Source of the DNA: Escherichia coli
Lineage (GTDB): Bacteria; Pseudomonadota; Gammaproteobacteria; Enterobacterales; Enterobacteriaceae
Length of the DNA: 64,000 bases
Strand: one strand, 5' to 3'
Assembly: GCF_011045215.1 (NCBI RefSeq)
Contig: NZ_CP049201.1
In this document: positions 1 through 12,034 of the stretch, piece after piece
Position numbering within the stretch: position 1 is the first letter of the stretch
How the letters are laid out: each line of letters begins with the position of its first letter
Position numbers and translations under genes: made by a program
The notes under the pieces: model-generated
Database searches by the model: none
The model's input: only the letters and a program-made list of their open reading frames with translations
Told to the model about the DNA's origin: nothing

Positions 1-514
1 AAAAGGGGCAACGCCGGAGATGGTCGAAGAGCTGGAACAGGGGCTGCAAAATTACGCCCGTGTTTTACAACAGCAAACTGAAATTAATGTCTGTCAGATG
101 GCGGGCGGCGGCGCTGCGGGCGGTATGGGTATTGCGGCGGCGGTATTCCTCAATGCGGATATTAAACCGGGTATTGAGATTGTACTGCGGGCGGTCAACC
201 TGGAGCAGGCGGTGCAGGGCGCAGCACTGGTGATCACCGGGGAAGGGCGCATCGACTCGCAAACGGCAGGCGGTAAAGCGCCGCTGGGCGTTGCGTCGGT
301 GGCGAAGCAGTTTAATGTACCGGTGATTGGGATTGCTGGTGTATTGGGTGATGGCGTGGAAGTGGTGCACCAGTACGGCATTGACGCGGTATTCAGCATT
401 TTGCCTCGTCTGGCACCTTTAGCCGAAGTGCTCGCCAGCGGTGAAACCAATCTCTTCAACAGCGCGCGAAATATTGCCTGCGCCATTAAAATAGGTCAGG
501 GAATTAAAAACTGA
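1..514 (+). CDS. glxK: glycerate 2-kinase, 3' portion (5' end lies upstream of window)
   Basis: ORF 20-514 runs open to window start; translation matches glycerate kinase C-terminal region; sits upstream of the all genes as in E. coli. Confidence 0.8.
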   Translation, partial: KGATPEMVEELEQGLQNYARVLQQQTEINVCQMAGGGAAGGMGIAAAVFLNADIKPGIEIVLRAVNLEQAVQGAALVITGEGRIDSQTAGGKAPLGVASVAKQFNVPVIGIAGVLGDGVEVVHQYGIDAVFSILPRLAPLAEVLASGETNLFNSARNIACAIKIGQGIKN

Positions 515-529
515 CCCTTACCTTTAAAG

Positions 530-705
530 CGGATGCGATTTATATCGCATAAGAGTGCAGTACTCATGCCGGATGCGGCATGAGTACCATATCCTTCCTG
601 AAAATCGCGCAAATTCTATATATTGCAGAGATCATGTAGGCCTGATAAGCGAAGCGCATCAGGCTATATTGCAAAAAAAGCCACGGTATAAACCGTGGCA
701 AAATC
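530..705. repeat. cluster of REP-like palindromes and a terminal hairpin
   Basis: palindromes ACTCATGCCGGATGCGGCATGAGT, GCCTGATAAGCGAAGCGCATCAGGC and GCCACGGTATAAACCGTGGC in a convergent intergenic region. Confidence 0.5.
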
Positions 706-741
706 CAACATAGCTAAAAATAATCAGGCGAGTGGTATGAC

Positions 742-1527
742 TTAAATCTCTACGTCGCGGTTGCAATCTTTCGAGTAAATATAGCTGAACGCTTCACCAC
801 GCCCTACGCCATAACCAGCCTGTAAAGAATAAGCGCCCATAAAGATGTAATCGCCTTTTTTCACCGGGATCCAGTTATTGTCGAGGTTATAAACCCCCTG
901 ACCGGAAAGAATATAGGCACCGTGTTCCTGAACGTGTGTTTCGATATAACCATGGCTGGCACCTGGTGCAAAAGAGAGGATATGCATGTTCATATCAAAA
1001 CCTAACTCTTTGGGCAGAAAATCCAGCAGGATCACATCATCCATACCTTCATAGTGAATGCGTTCCAGTTCGCTGGCATTGCCAGAAACAAGCCACGGTG
1101 CATGGCCTTCTACCGGAACATAGCGGCGCTTATATAAAAAGATTTGGCTGTCTTCGGCCTGGGCGTTAACAAACGTCATTAAGGAGCCTGGCGGGCAATA
1201 AAGATAGCCACCTTCGCTTAAGGCAAATGTTTTGCCTTCGGCTTTGGCAGTGATATTTCCAGAGATCACATACAGGAACGTTTCAATGCCTTCGCCACCG
1301 AAGCCCTGTTGGTTGCCACCGTTTTGATGCAGTGTGACCAGATAATCAACAAAAGAGGCACCCAGCTTTGGCGTGGAGAGGATTGTCGCGTCACAATTTT
1401 CAAAGCCCGGAATAATATTTTTTACCAGACCGTCTGGTGTTAACAGTGCGAAATTACCGTGTTTCACAATCGCACGGTTAGCCAGTAAATCATCGCGGTA
1501 ACCGGTGACGTTATTTAAATATCCCAT
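742..1527 (-). CDS. allE: (S)-ureidoglycine aminohydrolase, cupin family
   Basis: 261-aa ORF; translation recognised as YlbA/AllE; adjacent to allC and allD. Confidence 0.85.
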   Translation of the reverse strand: MGYLNNVTGYRDDLLANRAIVKHGNFALLTPDGLVKNIIPGFENCDATILSTPKLGASFVDYLVTLHQNGGNQQGFGGEGIETFLYVISGNITAKAEGKTFALSEGGYLYCPPGSLMTFVNAQAEDSQIFLYKRRYVPVEGHAPWLVSGNASELERIHYEGMDDVILLDFLPKELGFDMNMHILSFAPGASHGYIETHVQEHGAYILSGQGVYNLDNNWIPVKKGDYIFMGAYSLQAGYGVGRGEAFSYIYSKDCNRDVEI

Positions 1528-1537
1528 TTATGACTCC

Positions 1538-2773
1538 TTATTTCTGCCAGGCAAGTTGATAAAGCATGAGTGCCAACGTTTTGACCCCTTTGGCAAGGTC
1601 GGTAATATTGGTGCGTTCCGCCGGGTTATGGCTGATCCCGTTGATGCTGGGAATGAAAATCATGCAGGTCGGCACGCGAGGCGCGAAAATTTGTGCGTCG
1701 TGCCCGGCACCACTGTGCATCACCCGGTAATTCAGTTTTTCGCTTTCACACAATTCTGTCAGGGTGGCGACCAGGTCCTTATTCATCGGCACCGGTTCTT
1801 CGTCCATCCATAAATCGATATCAATACCAATGTCCATTTCATCGCAAATCGCCCGCATGTCGTTTTCTAACTGTTGGGTGAAATCACGCAGCACGGCGGC
1901 GTCGGTATGACGACAATCAATGGTGAACGTGGTTTTACCCGGCACCACATTCACCGTATTCGGGCGCGGCTCTACTTTCCCAAAGGTCAGCACCAGCGGG
2001 TCGCCCATCTTTTTCGCTTTTTCGATCGCCTGATGGCAAATGCGACTGAAAGCGTAAACCGTATCACGACGATAACCCATCGGCGTGGTGCCTGCATGGT
2101 TTGATTCGCCGTTCAGCGTCACCGTATAGCGACGTTGCCCGACAATTGCATTCACCACGCCAATTGATTGCCCATTACTTTCCAGCACACAGCCCTGTTC
2201 GATATGCAGTTCGACAAAGGCTTTAATATCCTGACGCGGAGTTAGCGGGGCGTCCGGCAGAGTAAATCCGCAAGCCTTCATCGCATCGACAAAACTATTT
2301 CCTTTGGCATCACAGATATTCCGCACGTCGTCAGGATTCGCCAGCCCAAAGATATTTTTACTGCCCCAGAAAACATACGGGAAGCGGCTGCCTTCTTCTT
2401 CCGCCATCGCCACCACTTCAACCGTACGCAGCGGTGCGCCGTATTGCGTTTTCAGCCAGTCAATTGCCAGCCACGCCGCCAGCGCGCCGAATTGCCCGTC
2501 GAGGTTACCGCCGTTAACCACGGTATCGATATGCGAACCGCTCAGAACCACTTCCTGTGGATATTCGGTGCCATTCAGGCGACCGTATAAATTCCCCACT
2601 TCATCGAAACGTGTTTCCAGCCCGCTTGCTGCCATTCTTTTTTTAAATTGCTGCTGGGTTTCCAGCCATTCCGGCGAATAAAGTAAACGGGTCATCCCAC
2701 CCGTTGGGTCAGCGCCAAATGAGGAAAGCCAGGGCAGCGCTTCTTCTATGGCTTGACGAAAATGTGTAATCAT
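1538..2773 (-). CDS. allC: allantoate amidohydrolase
   Basis: start set at internal Met (MITHFRQ...) giving 411 aa; M20 peptidase-type sequence. Confidence 0.9.
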   Translation of the reverse strand: MITHFRQAIEEALPWLSSFGADPTGGMTRLLYSPEWLETQQQFKKRMAASGLETRFDEVGNLYGRLNGTEYPQEVVLSGSHIDTVVNGGNLDGQFGALAAWLAIDWLKTQYGAPLRTVEVVAMAEEEGSRFPYVFWGSKNIFGLANPDDVRNICDAKGNSFVDAMKACGFTLPDAPLTPRQDIKAFVELHIEQGCVLESNGQSIGVVNAIVGQRRYTVTLNGESNHAGTTPMGYRRDTVYAFSRICHQAIEKAKKMGDPLVLTFGKVEPRPNTVNVVPGKTTFTIDCRHTDAAVLRDFTQQLENDMRAICDEMDIGIDIDLWMDEEPVPMNKDLVATLTELCESEKLNYRVMHSGAGHDAQIFAPRVPTCMIFIPSINGISHNPAERTNITDLAKGVKTLALMLYQLAWQK

Positions 2774-2794
2774 AAGAAAGTCCTGTCTCAATAA

Positions 2795-3844
2795 TTATTG
2801 CGCAAAGGGATTTTTCGTTTCGTATGACGTGTTATAAAGCGCGTCGGAAATTAAATACTGGTAAATATCATCAACAATTTCGATGCCTTCGACGGCGGCT
2901 TTGCGTTGTTTAATATCCTGATCCTGTCCGGGATAATAAACCTGATTAAAACCGGGCGCGGGGGTAATGGCATTTAATTCGCGCATGGTCTGGCTAAGAT
3001 GTTGACGGAATAATTCGCTGGAGGAGAAAAAGTTCGGGTTAATAACTACATGTAATTGCCCCAAATTACGCCCGGCGTGTAAATCGTCATACATCGAACT
3101 AACCTGTCGCCCGAACGGTAAGCCGAGTAAGACGCCTGAGAGGACGTCAATCATCATCATCAGGCCATACCCTTTCGGCCCGGCTGCGGGGAGCAGAGCA
3201 TGTACCGCGAACGGATCGGTTGTTGGTGCACCGTTTTTATCGACCGCCCAGGTATCCGGGATAGACATATTACGCGAGCGGGCGTCGAGCACTTTTCCCC
3301 ATGCCTGTACGGTAGTCGCCATATCAAAGGTAAGGATCTCGTCGCCTTCTCCCGGCGCGGCAAAGGCCAGTGGGTTAGTACCGTAGTAAATTTCCGCGCC
3401 GCCAAACGGCACCACCATTGGATCGGACTGGCACATCGAAATGCCAATTAATCCGGCGCGGGCTGCCTGCTGCACAAAATAAGAGATTGCGCCGCTGTGA
3501 CCCATCCGGCTGATACCGACCACCGCAACGCCATTTTGCTGGGCGGTTTTGATGGCATGTTCCATACCCATTTTCGCCGCGACCTGTCCGGCGGCATTGT
3601 CGGCATGTAAAATTGCCGAGCACGGCCCGGTTTCCTCAAGACGAAACTCCGGTTCGCGGTTGGTGCCGCCTTTTGAAATGCGTTCCGCGTAGTATTCCAC
3701 GCGCACCGCGCCATGAGAGTGGATCCCTCTGGCATCGGCGTAAACCAATACTTCAGCCACGGTTGCAGCGTGCTCACGTTTTAACCCAGCCTGGCAGAGT
3801 TTATTCTCAATTAGCTGGTGGAGTGTTTCCCGACTGATTTTCAT
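2795..3844 (-). CDS. allD: ureidoglycolate dehydrogenase
   Basis: 349-aa ORF, recognised translation. Confidence 0.9.
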   Translation of the reverse strand: MKISRETLHQLIENKLCQAGLKREHAATVAEVLVYADARGIHSHGAVRVEYYAERISKGGTNREPEFRLEETGPCSAILHADNAAGQVAAKMGMEHAIKTAQQNGVAVVGISRMGHSGAISYFVQQAARAGLIGISMCQSDPMVVPFGGAEIYYGTNPLAFAAPGEGDEILTFDMATTVQAWGKVLDARSRNMSIPDTWAVDKNGAPTTDPFAVHALLPAAGPKGYGLMMMIDVLSGVLLGLPFGRQVSSMYDDLHAGRNLGQLHVVINPNFFSSSELFRQHLSQTMRELNAITPAPGFNQVYYPGQDQDIKQRKAAVEGIEIVDDIYQYLISDALYNTSYETKNPFAQ

Positions 3845-4160
3845 CTGTCTTCCTTTTTAACGACGGTGTGAAGCATGACTGCAATTAACATACAGGGAAA
3901 ATATCTGGATTATGTGATCCAGACAGGCAAAAAAATATAGTTAGAATTTATTTGATAATCCGCTCGCTTTTAACCTGGTTTTTAAAACAACCACGCTTAT
4001 TAAAAAATAACACGTAATAGCATGGCGGTTATTTGAATTCTTTTGTTAATAATCCCTGTGTGATATTCATCACCTTATTTACTCGTTGTCATCGATACCG
4101 TAATCGCCACATTAACACTGCTCGTGCAATTGCCATGGGTGCAATTTTTAAGGAGTTGTT

Positions 4161-5828
4161 ATGATCCACGCCTTTATTAAAAAAGGGTGTTTTCAGGATT
4201 CGGTCAGTTTAATGATTATTTCACGAAAACTCAGCGAATCAGAAAATGTTGATGATGTTTCCGTAATGATGGGTACGCCCGCCAATAAAGCGTTATTAGA
4301 TACCACAGGTTTCTGGCATGACGATTTTAATAACGCCACGCCGAACGATATTTGCGTGGCAATTCGTAGCGAAGTGGCGGATGCGGGGATCGCGCAGGCG
4401 ATTATGCAGCAGCTTGAAGAGGCGCTAAAACAACTGGCGCAGGGGTCAGGCAGCAGCCAGGCGTTGACGCAGGTGCGTCGCTGGGACAGTGCCTGTCAGA
4501 AATTACCCGATGCCAATCTGGCGCTGATTTCAGTGGCTGGCGAGTATGCGGCGGAGCTGGCGAATCAGGCGCTGGATCGCAACCTCAACGTGATGATGTT
4601 CTCCGATAACGTCACGCTGGAAGATGAAATCCAACTTAAAACCCGCGCGCGGGAAAAAGGCTTGCTGGTGATGGGGCCGGACTGCGGTACGTCGATGATT
4701 GCCGGCACGCCGCTGGCTTTTGCTAACGTGATGCCGGAAGGCAACATTGGCGTCATTGGCGCTTCCGGTACCGGGATTCAGGAGCTGTGCTCGCAGATTG
4801 CGCTGGCAGGGGAGGGAATTACTCACGCGATTGGCCTTGGCGGCCGCGACCTCAGCCGTGAAGTGGGCGGCATCAGTGCGCTAACAGCGCTGGAAATGCT
4901 CAGTGCAGACGAGAAAAGCGAAGTGCTGGCATTTGTTTCAAAACCACCTGCCGAAGCGGTGCGTCTGAAAATTGTTAATGCCATGAAAGCAACCGGCAAA
5001 CCGACGGTGGTGCTGTTTTTAGGTTATACCCCGGCGGTGGCCCGCGACGAGAATGTCTGGTTTGCCTCCTCGCTGGATGAGGCCGCACGCCTGGCTTGCC
5101 TGCTTTCACGCGTTACGGCGCGACGTAACGCGATAACGCCTGCCAGCAGCGGATTTATTTGCGGTTTGTATACCGGCGGTACGCTGGCTGCCGAAGCGGC
5201 GGGATTACTTGCCGGACACCTTGGCGTGGAAGCCGATGATGCCCATCATCACGGCATGATGCTCGACGCCGATGGTCACCAGATTATTGACCTCGGCGAT
5301 GATTTCTACACAGTCGGGCGTCCCCATCCGATGATCGACCCAACCTTACGCAACCAGTTAATTGCCGATCTCGGCGCTAAACCGCAAGTGCGTGTGCTGC
5401 TGCTTGATGTCGTGATTGGCTTCGGTGCGACCGCCGATCCTGCCGCCTCGCTGGTAAGCGCCTGGCAAAAAGCCTGTGCTGCGCGTTCAGACAATCAACC
5501 ACTGTATGCCATTGCCACGGTGACAGGCACTGAACGTGACCCGCAATGCCGCTCGCAGCAAATCGCCACGCTGGAAGATGCGGGGATTGCGGTCGTGAGT
5601 TCGCTACCGGAAGCCACCTTGCTGGCGGCAGCGTTAATTCATCCGCTCTCGCCTGCCGCACAGCAACACACACCGTCATTACTGGAAAACGTCGCCGTGA
5701 TTAACATCGGATTACGCAGTTTTGCGCTGGAGCTACAAAGCGCCAGCAAACCGGTTGTGCATTACCAATGGTCGCCAGTCGCCGGCGGCAATAAAAAACT
5801 GGCTCGTTTATTAGAACGTTTGCAATAA
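4161..5828 (+). CDS. fdrA: FdrA, acyl-CoA synthetase-like protein
   Basis: 555-aa ORF, recognised translation. Confidence 0.9.
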   Translation: MIHAFIKKGCFQDSVSLMIISRKLSESENVDDVSVMMGTPANKALLDTTGFWHDDFNNATPNDICVAIRSEVADAGIAQAIMQQLEEALKQLAQGSGSSQALTQVRRWDSACQKLPDANLALISVAGEYAAELANQALDRNLNVMMFSDNVTLEDEIQLKTRAREKGLLVMGPDCGTSMIAGTPLAFANVMPEGNIGVIGASGTGIQELCSQIALAGEGITHAIGLGGRDLSREVGGISALTALEMLSADEKSEVLAFVSKPPAEAVRLKIVNAMKATGKPTVVLFLGYTPAVARDENVWFASSLDEAARLACLLSRVTARRNAITPASSGFICGLYTGGTLAAEAAGLLAGHLGVEADDAHHHGMMLDADGHQIIDLGDDFYTVGRPHPMIDPTLRNQLIADLGAKPQVRVLLLDVVIGFGATADPAASLVSAWQKACAARSDNQPLYAIATVTGTERDPQCRSQQIATLEDAGIAVVSSLPEATLLAAALIHPLSPAAQQHTPSLLENVAVINIGLRSFALELQSASKPVVHYQWSPVAGGNKKLARLLERLQ

Positions 5829-5837
5829 GGGGTTCCC

Positions 5838-7097
5838 ATGTTTACATCAGTGGCGCAAGCCAATGCTGCGGTTATCGAACAAATTCGTCGCGCTCGTCCA
5901 CACTGGCTGGATGTGCAACCGGCTTCTTCACTTATCAGCGAACTAAACGAGGGCAAAACACTGCTTCACGCCGGGCCGCCAATGCGCTGGCAGGAGATGA
6001 CCGGACCCATGAAAGGGGCGTGCGTGGGCGCATGTCTGTTCGAAGGTTGGGCGAAAGATGAAGCGCAGGCGCTGGCAATACTGGAGCAGGGGGAAGTGAA
6101 CTTCATTCCTTGTCACCATGTGAATGCCGTCGGGCCAATGGGCGGTATTACTTCTGCCAGTATGCCGATGCTGGTGGTCGAGAACGTGACCGACGGCAAC
6201 CGGGCGTACTGCAACCTCAACGAAGGTATCGGCAAAGTGATGCGTTTTGGCGCTTACGGCGAAGATGTCCTGACTCGCCATCGCTGGATGCGCGATGTGT
6301 TAATGCCAGTATTAAGCGCGGCGCTGGGGCGCATGGAGCGCGGTATCGATCTTACCGCGATGATGGCGCAGGGCATTACCATGGGCGATGAGTTCCATCA
6401 ACGCAATATTGCTTCCTCAGCACTGTTAATGCGTGCGCTGGCCCCACAAATTGCTCGCCTCGATCATGATAAACAGCACATCGCGGAAGTGATGGATTTC
6501 CTCAGCGTGACCGATCAGTTCTTCCTCAACCTCGCGATGGCTTACTGCAAGGCGGCGATGGATGCTGGCGCGATGATCCGCGCAGGCAGCATCGTCACGG
6601 CAATGACCCGCAACGGCAATATGTTCGGGATTCGGGTAAGCGGGCTGGGCGAACGCTGGTTTACTGCGCCTGTAAACACTCCGCAAGGTCTGTTTTTCAC
6701 CGGCTTCTCGCAGGAGCAGGCGAACCCGGATATGGGCGATAGCGCGATTACCGAAACCTTTGGTATCGGAGGTGCGGCAATGATCGCAGCGCCTGGCGTA
6801 ACGCGCTTTGTCGGTGCGGGTGGCATGGAAGCGGCCAGGGCGGTATCTGAAGAGATGGCGGAAATTTACCTTGAACGCAATATGCAGTTGCAGATCCCAA
6901 GCTGGGATTTCCAGGGCGCGTGCCTGGGGCTGGATATTCGTCGCGTGGTAGAAACCGGCATTACGCCACTCATCAATACCGGTATCGCCCATAAAGAGGC
7001 GGGGATCGGGCAGATTGGCGCAGGCACTGTGCGGGCACCGCTGGCGTGTTTTGAACAGGCGCTGGAAGCACTGGCTGAAAGCATGGGGATTGGTTGA
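5838..7097 (+). CDS. ylbE: DUF1116 protein YlbE, intact 419-aa form
   Basis: single uninterrupted ORF. Confidence 0.8.
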
Positions 7098-7107
7098 GGA
7101 ACGCGCA

Positions 7108-7923
7108 ATGACGATCATCCATCCTCTGCTTGCCAGTAGTAGCGCACCGAATTATCGCCAGTCCTGGCGGTTAGCGGGAGTGTGGCGGCGGGCGATTAAC
7201 CTGATGACGGAAAGCGGCGAACTGTTAACGCTGCATCGTCAGGGTAGTGGTTTCGGCCCCGGAGGATGGGTGCTTCGCCGTGCGCAATTCGATGCGTTAT
7301 GCGGTGGATTATGCGGCAATGAACGACCACAGGTTGTGGCTCAAGGGATTCGCCTCGGGCGTTTCACGGTTAAACAGCCACAGCGTTATTGTTTGCTGCG
7401 TATTACGCCGCCTGCGCATCCTCAACCACTTGCAGCTGCATGGATGCAACGCGCGGAGGAAACCGGGCTTTTCGGGCCACTGGCGTTGGCGGCAAGCGAT
7501 CCGCTGCCTGCTGAGTTACGCCAGTTTCGTCACTGTTTTCAGGCCGCGCTCAATGGCGTTAAGACCGACTGGCGGCACTGGCTGGGTAAAGGCCCCGGAT
7601 TAACGCCGAGTCATGATGACACGCTGAGCGGAATGCTGCTGGCGGCCTGGTATTATGGCGCTTTAGATGCGCGCTCCGGTCGTCCGTTTTTTGCCTGTTC
7701 CGACAATCTGCAACTCGTTACCACAGCGGTGAGCGTCAGTTATTTACGTTATGCCGCGCAAGGATATTTCGCCTCGCCACTCCTGCACTTTGTTCATGCT
7801 CTGAGTTGCCCGAAACGTACCGCTGTTGCGATTGATTCGCTGCTGGCGCTGGGGCATACGTCAGGGGCAGATACGCTGCTGGGGTTTTGGCTTGGCCAAC
7901 AATTATTACAAGGAAAACCATGA
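7108..7923 (+). CDS. ylbF: YlbF, conserved protein of the fdrA-ylbE-ylbF-ybcF cluster
   Basis: start at ATG 7108 preceded by GAGGA; 271 aa; stop overlaps the next start. Confidence 0.8.
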
Positions 7924-8813
7924 AAACACTGGTTGTAGCTCTTGGGGGCAACGCCTTACTCCAGCGCGGTGAGGCGCTGACGGCAGAAAATCAATATCGC
8001 AATATCGCCAGTGCTGTACCCGCGCTGGCGCGCCTGGCCCGTTCTTATCGGCTGGCGATTGTTCACGGCAACGGGCCGCAGGTGGGGCTGCTGGCATTGC
8101 AGAATCTGGCGTGGAAAGAGGTAGAACCGTATCCGCTGGATGTGCTGGTGGCAGAAAGTCAGGGGATGATTGGCTATATGCTGGCGCAGAGTTTGAGCGC
8201 ACAGCCGCAGATGCCGCCCGTGACGACGGTGCTGACGCGCATTGAGGTTTCGCCTGATGATCCGGCGTTTTTGCAGCCAGAGAAATTTATTGGTCCGGTT
8301 TATCAGCCAGAAGAACAAGAGGCACTGGAAGCGGCTTACGGCTGGCAGATGAAACGTGATGGTAAATATTTGCGCCGGGTGGTGGCGTCTCCGCAACCGC
8401 GTAAAATTCTCGACAGCGAAGCCATCGAGTTGTTGCTCAAAGAGGGGCATGTGGTGATTTGCAGTGGCGGCGGCGGTGTGCCTGTGACGGAAGATGGGGC
8501 AGGGAGTGAAGCGGTGATTGATAAAGATCTCGCTGCTGCGTTGCTCGCTGAGCAGATTAACGCCGATGGGCTGGTGATCCTCACTGATGCTGATGCGGTA
8601 TATGAAAACTGGGGAACGCCGCAGCAACGCGCCATTCGCCATGCCACACCGGATGAGTTAGCGCCATTTGCCAAAGCCGATGGTTCGATGGGGCCGAAGG
8701 TAACGGCGGTGAGTGGTTATGTCAGAAGCCGTGGTAAACCCGCGTGGATTGGGGCGTTATCGCGAATTGAAGAGACGCTGGCGGGCGAAGCGGGGACCTG
8801 TATTTCGCTGTAG
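7920..8813 (+). CDS. ybcF: carbamate kinase-like protein
   Basis: 297 aa from ATG 7920 (ATGA overlap with ylbF); amino-acid kinase fold motifs. Confidence 0.85.
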
Positions 8814-8839
8814 TGATGAGAGCATCCAGCAATCGGTGC

Positions 8840-8935
8840 ACCATGCCTGATGCGACGCTTGACGCGTCTTATCAGGCCTACAATGGGTACCGGATCGGTG
8901 TAGGCCGGATAAGGCGTTCACGCCGCATCCGGCAA
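8840..8935. repeat. REP (repetitive extragenic palindrome) elements
   Basis: GCCTGATGCGACGCTTGACGCGTCTTATCAGGCCTAC and GTAGGCCGGATAAGGCGTTCACGCCGCATCCGGC motifs. Confidence 0.7.
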
Positions 8936-8951
8936 TCAAATGAGCACCAGG

Positions 8952-10019
8952 TTAACTGAACTTACTCTGTGCCCACATCACGCCGCTGGCATACTCCGGC
9001 GGCAGCAGCGGGATTAAGGCTTCCAGCGTCGCGGACAGACGCGATGTGTCGCTGTCGGTCAAATTCAGATGCCCCACTTTACGGCCCGGACGGACTTCTT
9101 TGTCGTACCAGTGCAGATGCACCAGCGGCAGTTTCAGCCAGTCATAATTCACATCGCTACCAATCAGATTGATCATCACCGACGGATTATTCACCACTGG
9201 TTGCGGTAACGGCAGATCGGTAATCGCCCGCAGATGTAGCTCAAACTGGCTGATGCTGGCACCGTTTTGTGTCCAGTGACCGCTGTTATGCACACGCGGA
9301 GCCAGTTCGTTGATCAGCAGACCTTGCGGGGTGACAAAACACTCCATCGCCATCACGCCCACATAGCCCAGCTCCTGCATAATCGCCGAAAGCATCTCTT
9401 CGGCTTGCGCTTGCTGCTGTGCATTGGCCTGCGGGAAAGCGACGCTGGTGCGCAAAATACCGTCCTGATGCAGGTTATGCGTCAGCGGATAAAACACGGT
9501 GCTGCCATCAAAGCCGCGCGCGCCAACCAGCGACACTTCACCAGAGAAGTTTATGCCCTGCTCGACTATACATTCGCCGTAGCATTCAGCCGGTAACTGT
9601 TCGGTTTCATCGGCACGTAAACGCCATTGACCGCGTCCGTCATAGCCACCAGTGCGACGCTTAACAATCGCCAGCTCACCTAAACGATCAAACACCGCAG
9701 GCCACTCGCTGCGTTCGGCAAGTAACTGCCACGGTGCAGTCGGCAGGTGGAGCTTATCGAAAAGCTGCTTCTGAGTCAGACGGTCAGCAATAATCGGGAA
9801 CACATCGCGGTTCACAAAGGCCGGATGGCGCGCCAGCTCGCGGGTTAATGCGGTTTCCGGCCAGCGTTCTATCTCAGCGGTAATCACGCTTTGTTGAAAA
9901 GGCACCGCCGCCGGTTCAGCGTCCAGCCCGACTGGCCAGACAGCAATGCCTAACGGTTCGCCTGCCTGACGCAGCATACGGCCTAACTGCCCGTTACCGA
10001 GGACGCAAACCTGTTTCAT
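8952..10019 (-). CDS. purK: N5-carboxyaminoimidazole ribonucleotide synthase
   Basis: 355-aa ORF, ATP-grasp protein, followed by purE. Confidence 0.9.
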   Translation of the reverse strand: MKQVCVLGNGQLGRMLRQAGEPLGIAVWPVGLDAEPAAVPFQQSVITAEIERWPETALTRELARHPAFVNRDVFPIIADRLTQKQLFDKLHLPTAPWQLLAERSEWPAVFDRLGELAIVKRRTGGYDGRGQWRLRADETEQLPAECYGECIVEQGINFSGEVSLVGARGFDGSTVFYPLTHNLHQDGILRTSVAFPQANAQQQAQAEEMLSAIMQELGYVGVMAMECFVTPQGLLINELAPRVHNSGHWTQNGASISQFELHLRAITDLPLPQPVVNNPSVMINLIGSDVNYDWLKLPLVHLHWYDKEVRPGRKVGHLNLTDSDTSRLSATLEALIPLLPPEYASGVMWAQSKFS

Positions 10020-10525
10020 GCCGCACCTCGCGGGTCCGGGTTTTCCAGTACTTCGTCGGTCTGGGCTTTGCGCCAGTCATTCAGACGCTGGTGCAGTTCT
10101 TTATCATGAGTCGCAAGAATTTGTGCTGCCAGTAACGCCGCGTTTGCCGCGCCAGCTTTACCAATCGCCAGCGTACCCACCGGAATGCCGCGCGGCATTT
10201 GTACGATAGAATAGAGGCTATCGACACCGCTCAGTGCGGCGCTCTGTACTGGCACGCCCAGCACCGGCACCAGCGTTTTGGCGGCAATCATACCTGGCAG
10301 GTGCGCCGCGCCGCCTGCGCCCGCAATAATCACCTGATAACCGTTCTCTTCGGCGCTTTCGGCGAAGCTGAACAGTTTATCGGGGGTGCGGTGAGCAGAA
10401 ACCACTTCAACGTGGTGCGGGACATTCAGGATTTCGAAGATTTCGGCGGCGAACTGCATGGTAGCCCAGTCGCTTTTGGACCCCATCACGATGGCGACAC
10501 GCGCCGGATTATTGCGGGAAGACAT
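10016..10525 (-). CDS. purE: N5-CAIR mutase
   Basis: start at [10 protein letters not shown]..., 169 aa; stop overlaps purK start. Confidence 0.9.
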   Translation of the reverse strand: MSSRNNPARVAIVMGSKSDWATMQFAAEIFEILNVPHHVEVVSAHRTPDKLFSFAESAEENGYQVIIAGAGGAAHLPGMIAAKTLVPVLGVPVQSAALSGVDSLYSIVQMPRGIPVGTLAIGKAGAANAALLAAQILATHDKELHQRLNDWRKAQTDEVLENPDPRGAA

Positions 10526-10641
10526 GCGTCTTAAAACTCCTGTGGTGCACAACTCTCGGCTTTAGAGGGCACAGAGAATAGCACGGAAAGAGAGCAAGGA
10601 AAACGGTTGCGTGGCTGTGAAATCAGCAAAGTTGTGGGTAT

Positions 10642-11364
10642 TTAAAACGGAAAATGAATCAGTTCAACGTCATCCGCCGTGACTTTCACCATCGAACCTT
10701 CCGTATGCCAGGCACCCAGTACCACGCGAAAAGCAGGTTGCTGGTTGGCGATAAGTTCATGTACCGCCGGGCGATGGGTATGCCCGTGGATCAGCCATTG
10801 CACCTGATGTTTTTCCATCGCACTGACCACCGCGTTTTGGTTAACGTCCATGATCGCCAGCGATTTACTGCTGTTGGCTTCTTTACTGTTCGCGCGCATT
10901 CGCGCGGCAATGCGTTTGCGCACAAACAACGGCAGGGCGAGGAATAGCGTTTGCAGCCAGGGTTTGTGGACTTTGGCGCGAAAAGCCTGATAACCCGCGT
11001 CATCGGTGCACAGCATGTCGCCATGCATAATCAACACCCGACGACCATAAAGTTCGAGCACCTTTTCTTCCGGCAATAACGTCATGCCGCTTTCACGGGC
11101 AAAGCGTTTGCCGAGCAGAAAATCACGGTTGCCATGAATGAAATAACAGGGAACGCCGGAATCGGACACCGCTTTGATCGCTGCCGCCATCTGGCGATGG
11201 AGTGGGTTGGGATCGTCGTCGCCAATCCACGCTTCAAACAGATCGCCAAGAATATACAGCGCGTCGGCCTTGCGGGCTTCTCCCGCTAAAAAACGCAGAA
11301 AACCGGCGGTGATCGCCGGTTCTTCCACGCAGAGATGAAGATCTGCAATAAAGAGTGTCGCCAC
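10642..11364 (-). CDS. lpxH: UDP-2,3-diacylglucosamine hydrolase
   Basis: 240-aa calcineurin-like phosphoesterase, recognised translation. Confidence 0.9.
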   Translation of the reverse strand: MATLFIADLHLCVEEPAITAGFLRFLAGEARKADALYILGDLFEAWIGDDDPNPLHRQMAAAIKAVSDSGVPCYFIHGNRDFLLGKRFARESGMTLLPEEKVLELYGRRVLIMHGDMLCTDDAGYQAFRAKVHKPWLQTLFLALPLFVRKRIAARMRANSKEANSSKSLAIMDVNQNAVVSAMEKHQVQWLIHGHTHRPAVHELIANQQPAFRVVLGAWHTEGSMVKVTADDVELIHFPF

Positions 11365-11366
11365 GA

Positions 11367-11861
11367 TTACTCGCTAACGGTCACGCTTTCAATGATAACG
11401 TCTTCTTTTGGCACGTCCTGGTGCATACCGCTACGACCGGTTGCAACACCTTTGATTTTGTCTACCACGTCCATGCCTTCAACCACTTCAGCAAATACGC
11501 AGTAGCCCCAACCTTGCAGGCTTTCGCCGGAGAAGTTCAGGAAGTCGTTATCAACCACGTTGATGAAGAACTGTGCAGTTGCAGAGTGCGGAGCCTGAGT
11601 ACGGGCCATTGCCAGCGTACCACGGGTATTTTTCAGGCCGTTATTGGCTTCGTTTTTGATCGGTTCTTTGGTGGCTTTTTGTTTCATGCCCGGTTCAAAA
11701 CCGCCGCCCTGAATCATAAAGCCGTTGATAACACGGTGGAAAATGGTGTTGTTGTAAAAACCTTCGCGGCAGTAGTCCAGGAAGTTTTTAACTGTTTCAG
11801 GTGCTTTATCGTCAAAAGTTTTGATGACAATATCGCCGTGATTGGTGTGGAAAGTAACCAT
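11367..11861 (-). CDS. ppiB: peptidyl-prolyl cis-trans isomerase B
   Basis: 164-aa cyclophilin. Confidence 0.9.
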   Translation of the reverse strand: MVTFHTNHGDIVIKTFDDKAPETVKNFLDYCREGFYNNTIFHRVINGFMIQGGGFEPGMKQKATKEPIKNEANNGLKNTRGTLAMARTQAPHSATAQFFINVVDNDFLNFSGESLQGWGYCVFAEVVEGMDVVDKIKGVATGRSGMHQDVPKEDVIIESVTVSE

Positions 11862-12034
11862 TTTTGCATCCTGTTCCGTTTGATTGGTGCTTCAACCCGG
11901 TTCGGGTCATATATAGGGTGGTGTTATAGCATAACCGCACGATCGGATCATCACGCAATGTATGCTGATTCGCGCGGGAAATATGGGTATTATACGCAAC
12001 TCAATTACCCACACATGTCTAAACGGAATCTTCG

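Noticed and set aside
65-486. Antisense ORFs inside glxK, with similar shadow ORFs inside allE, allC, allD, fdrA, ylbE, cysS, folD, nfrA, nfrB, cusS and cusA
   Set aside because: They lie entirely within well-supported genes on the opposite strand and have biased, low-complexity composition.
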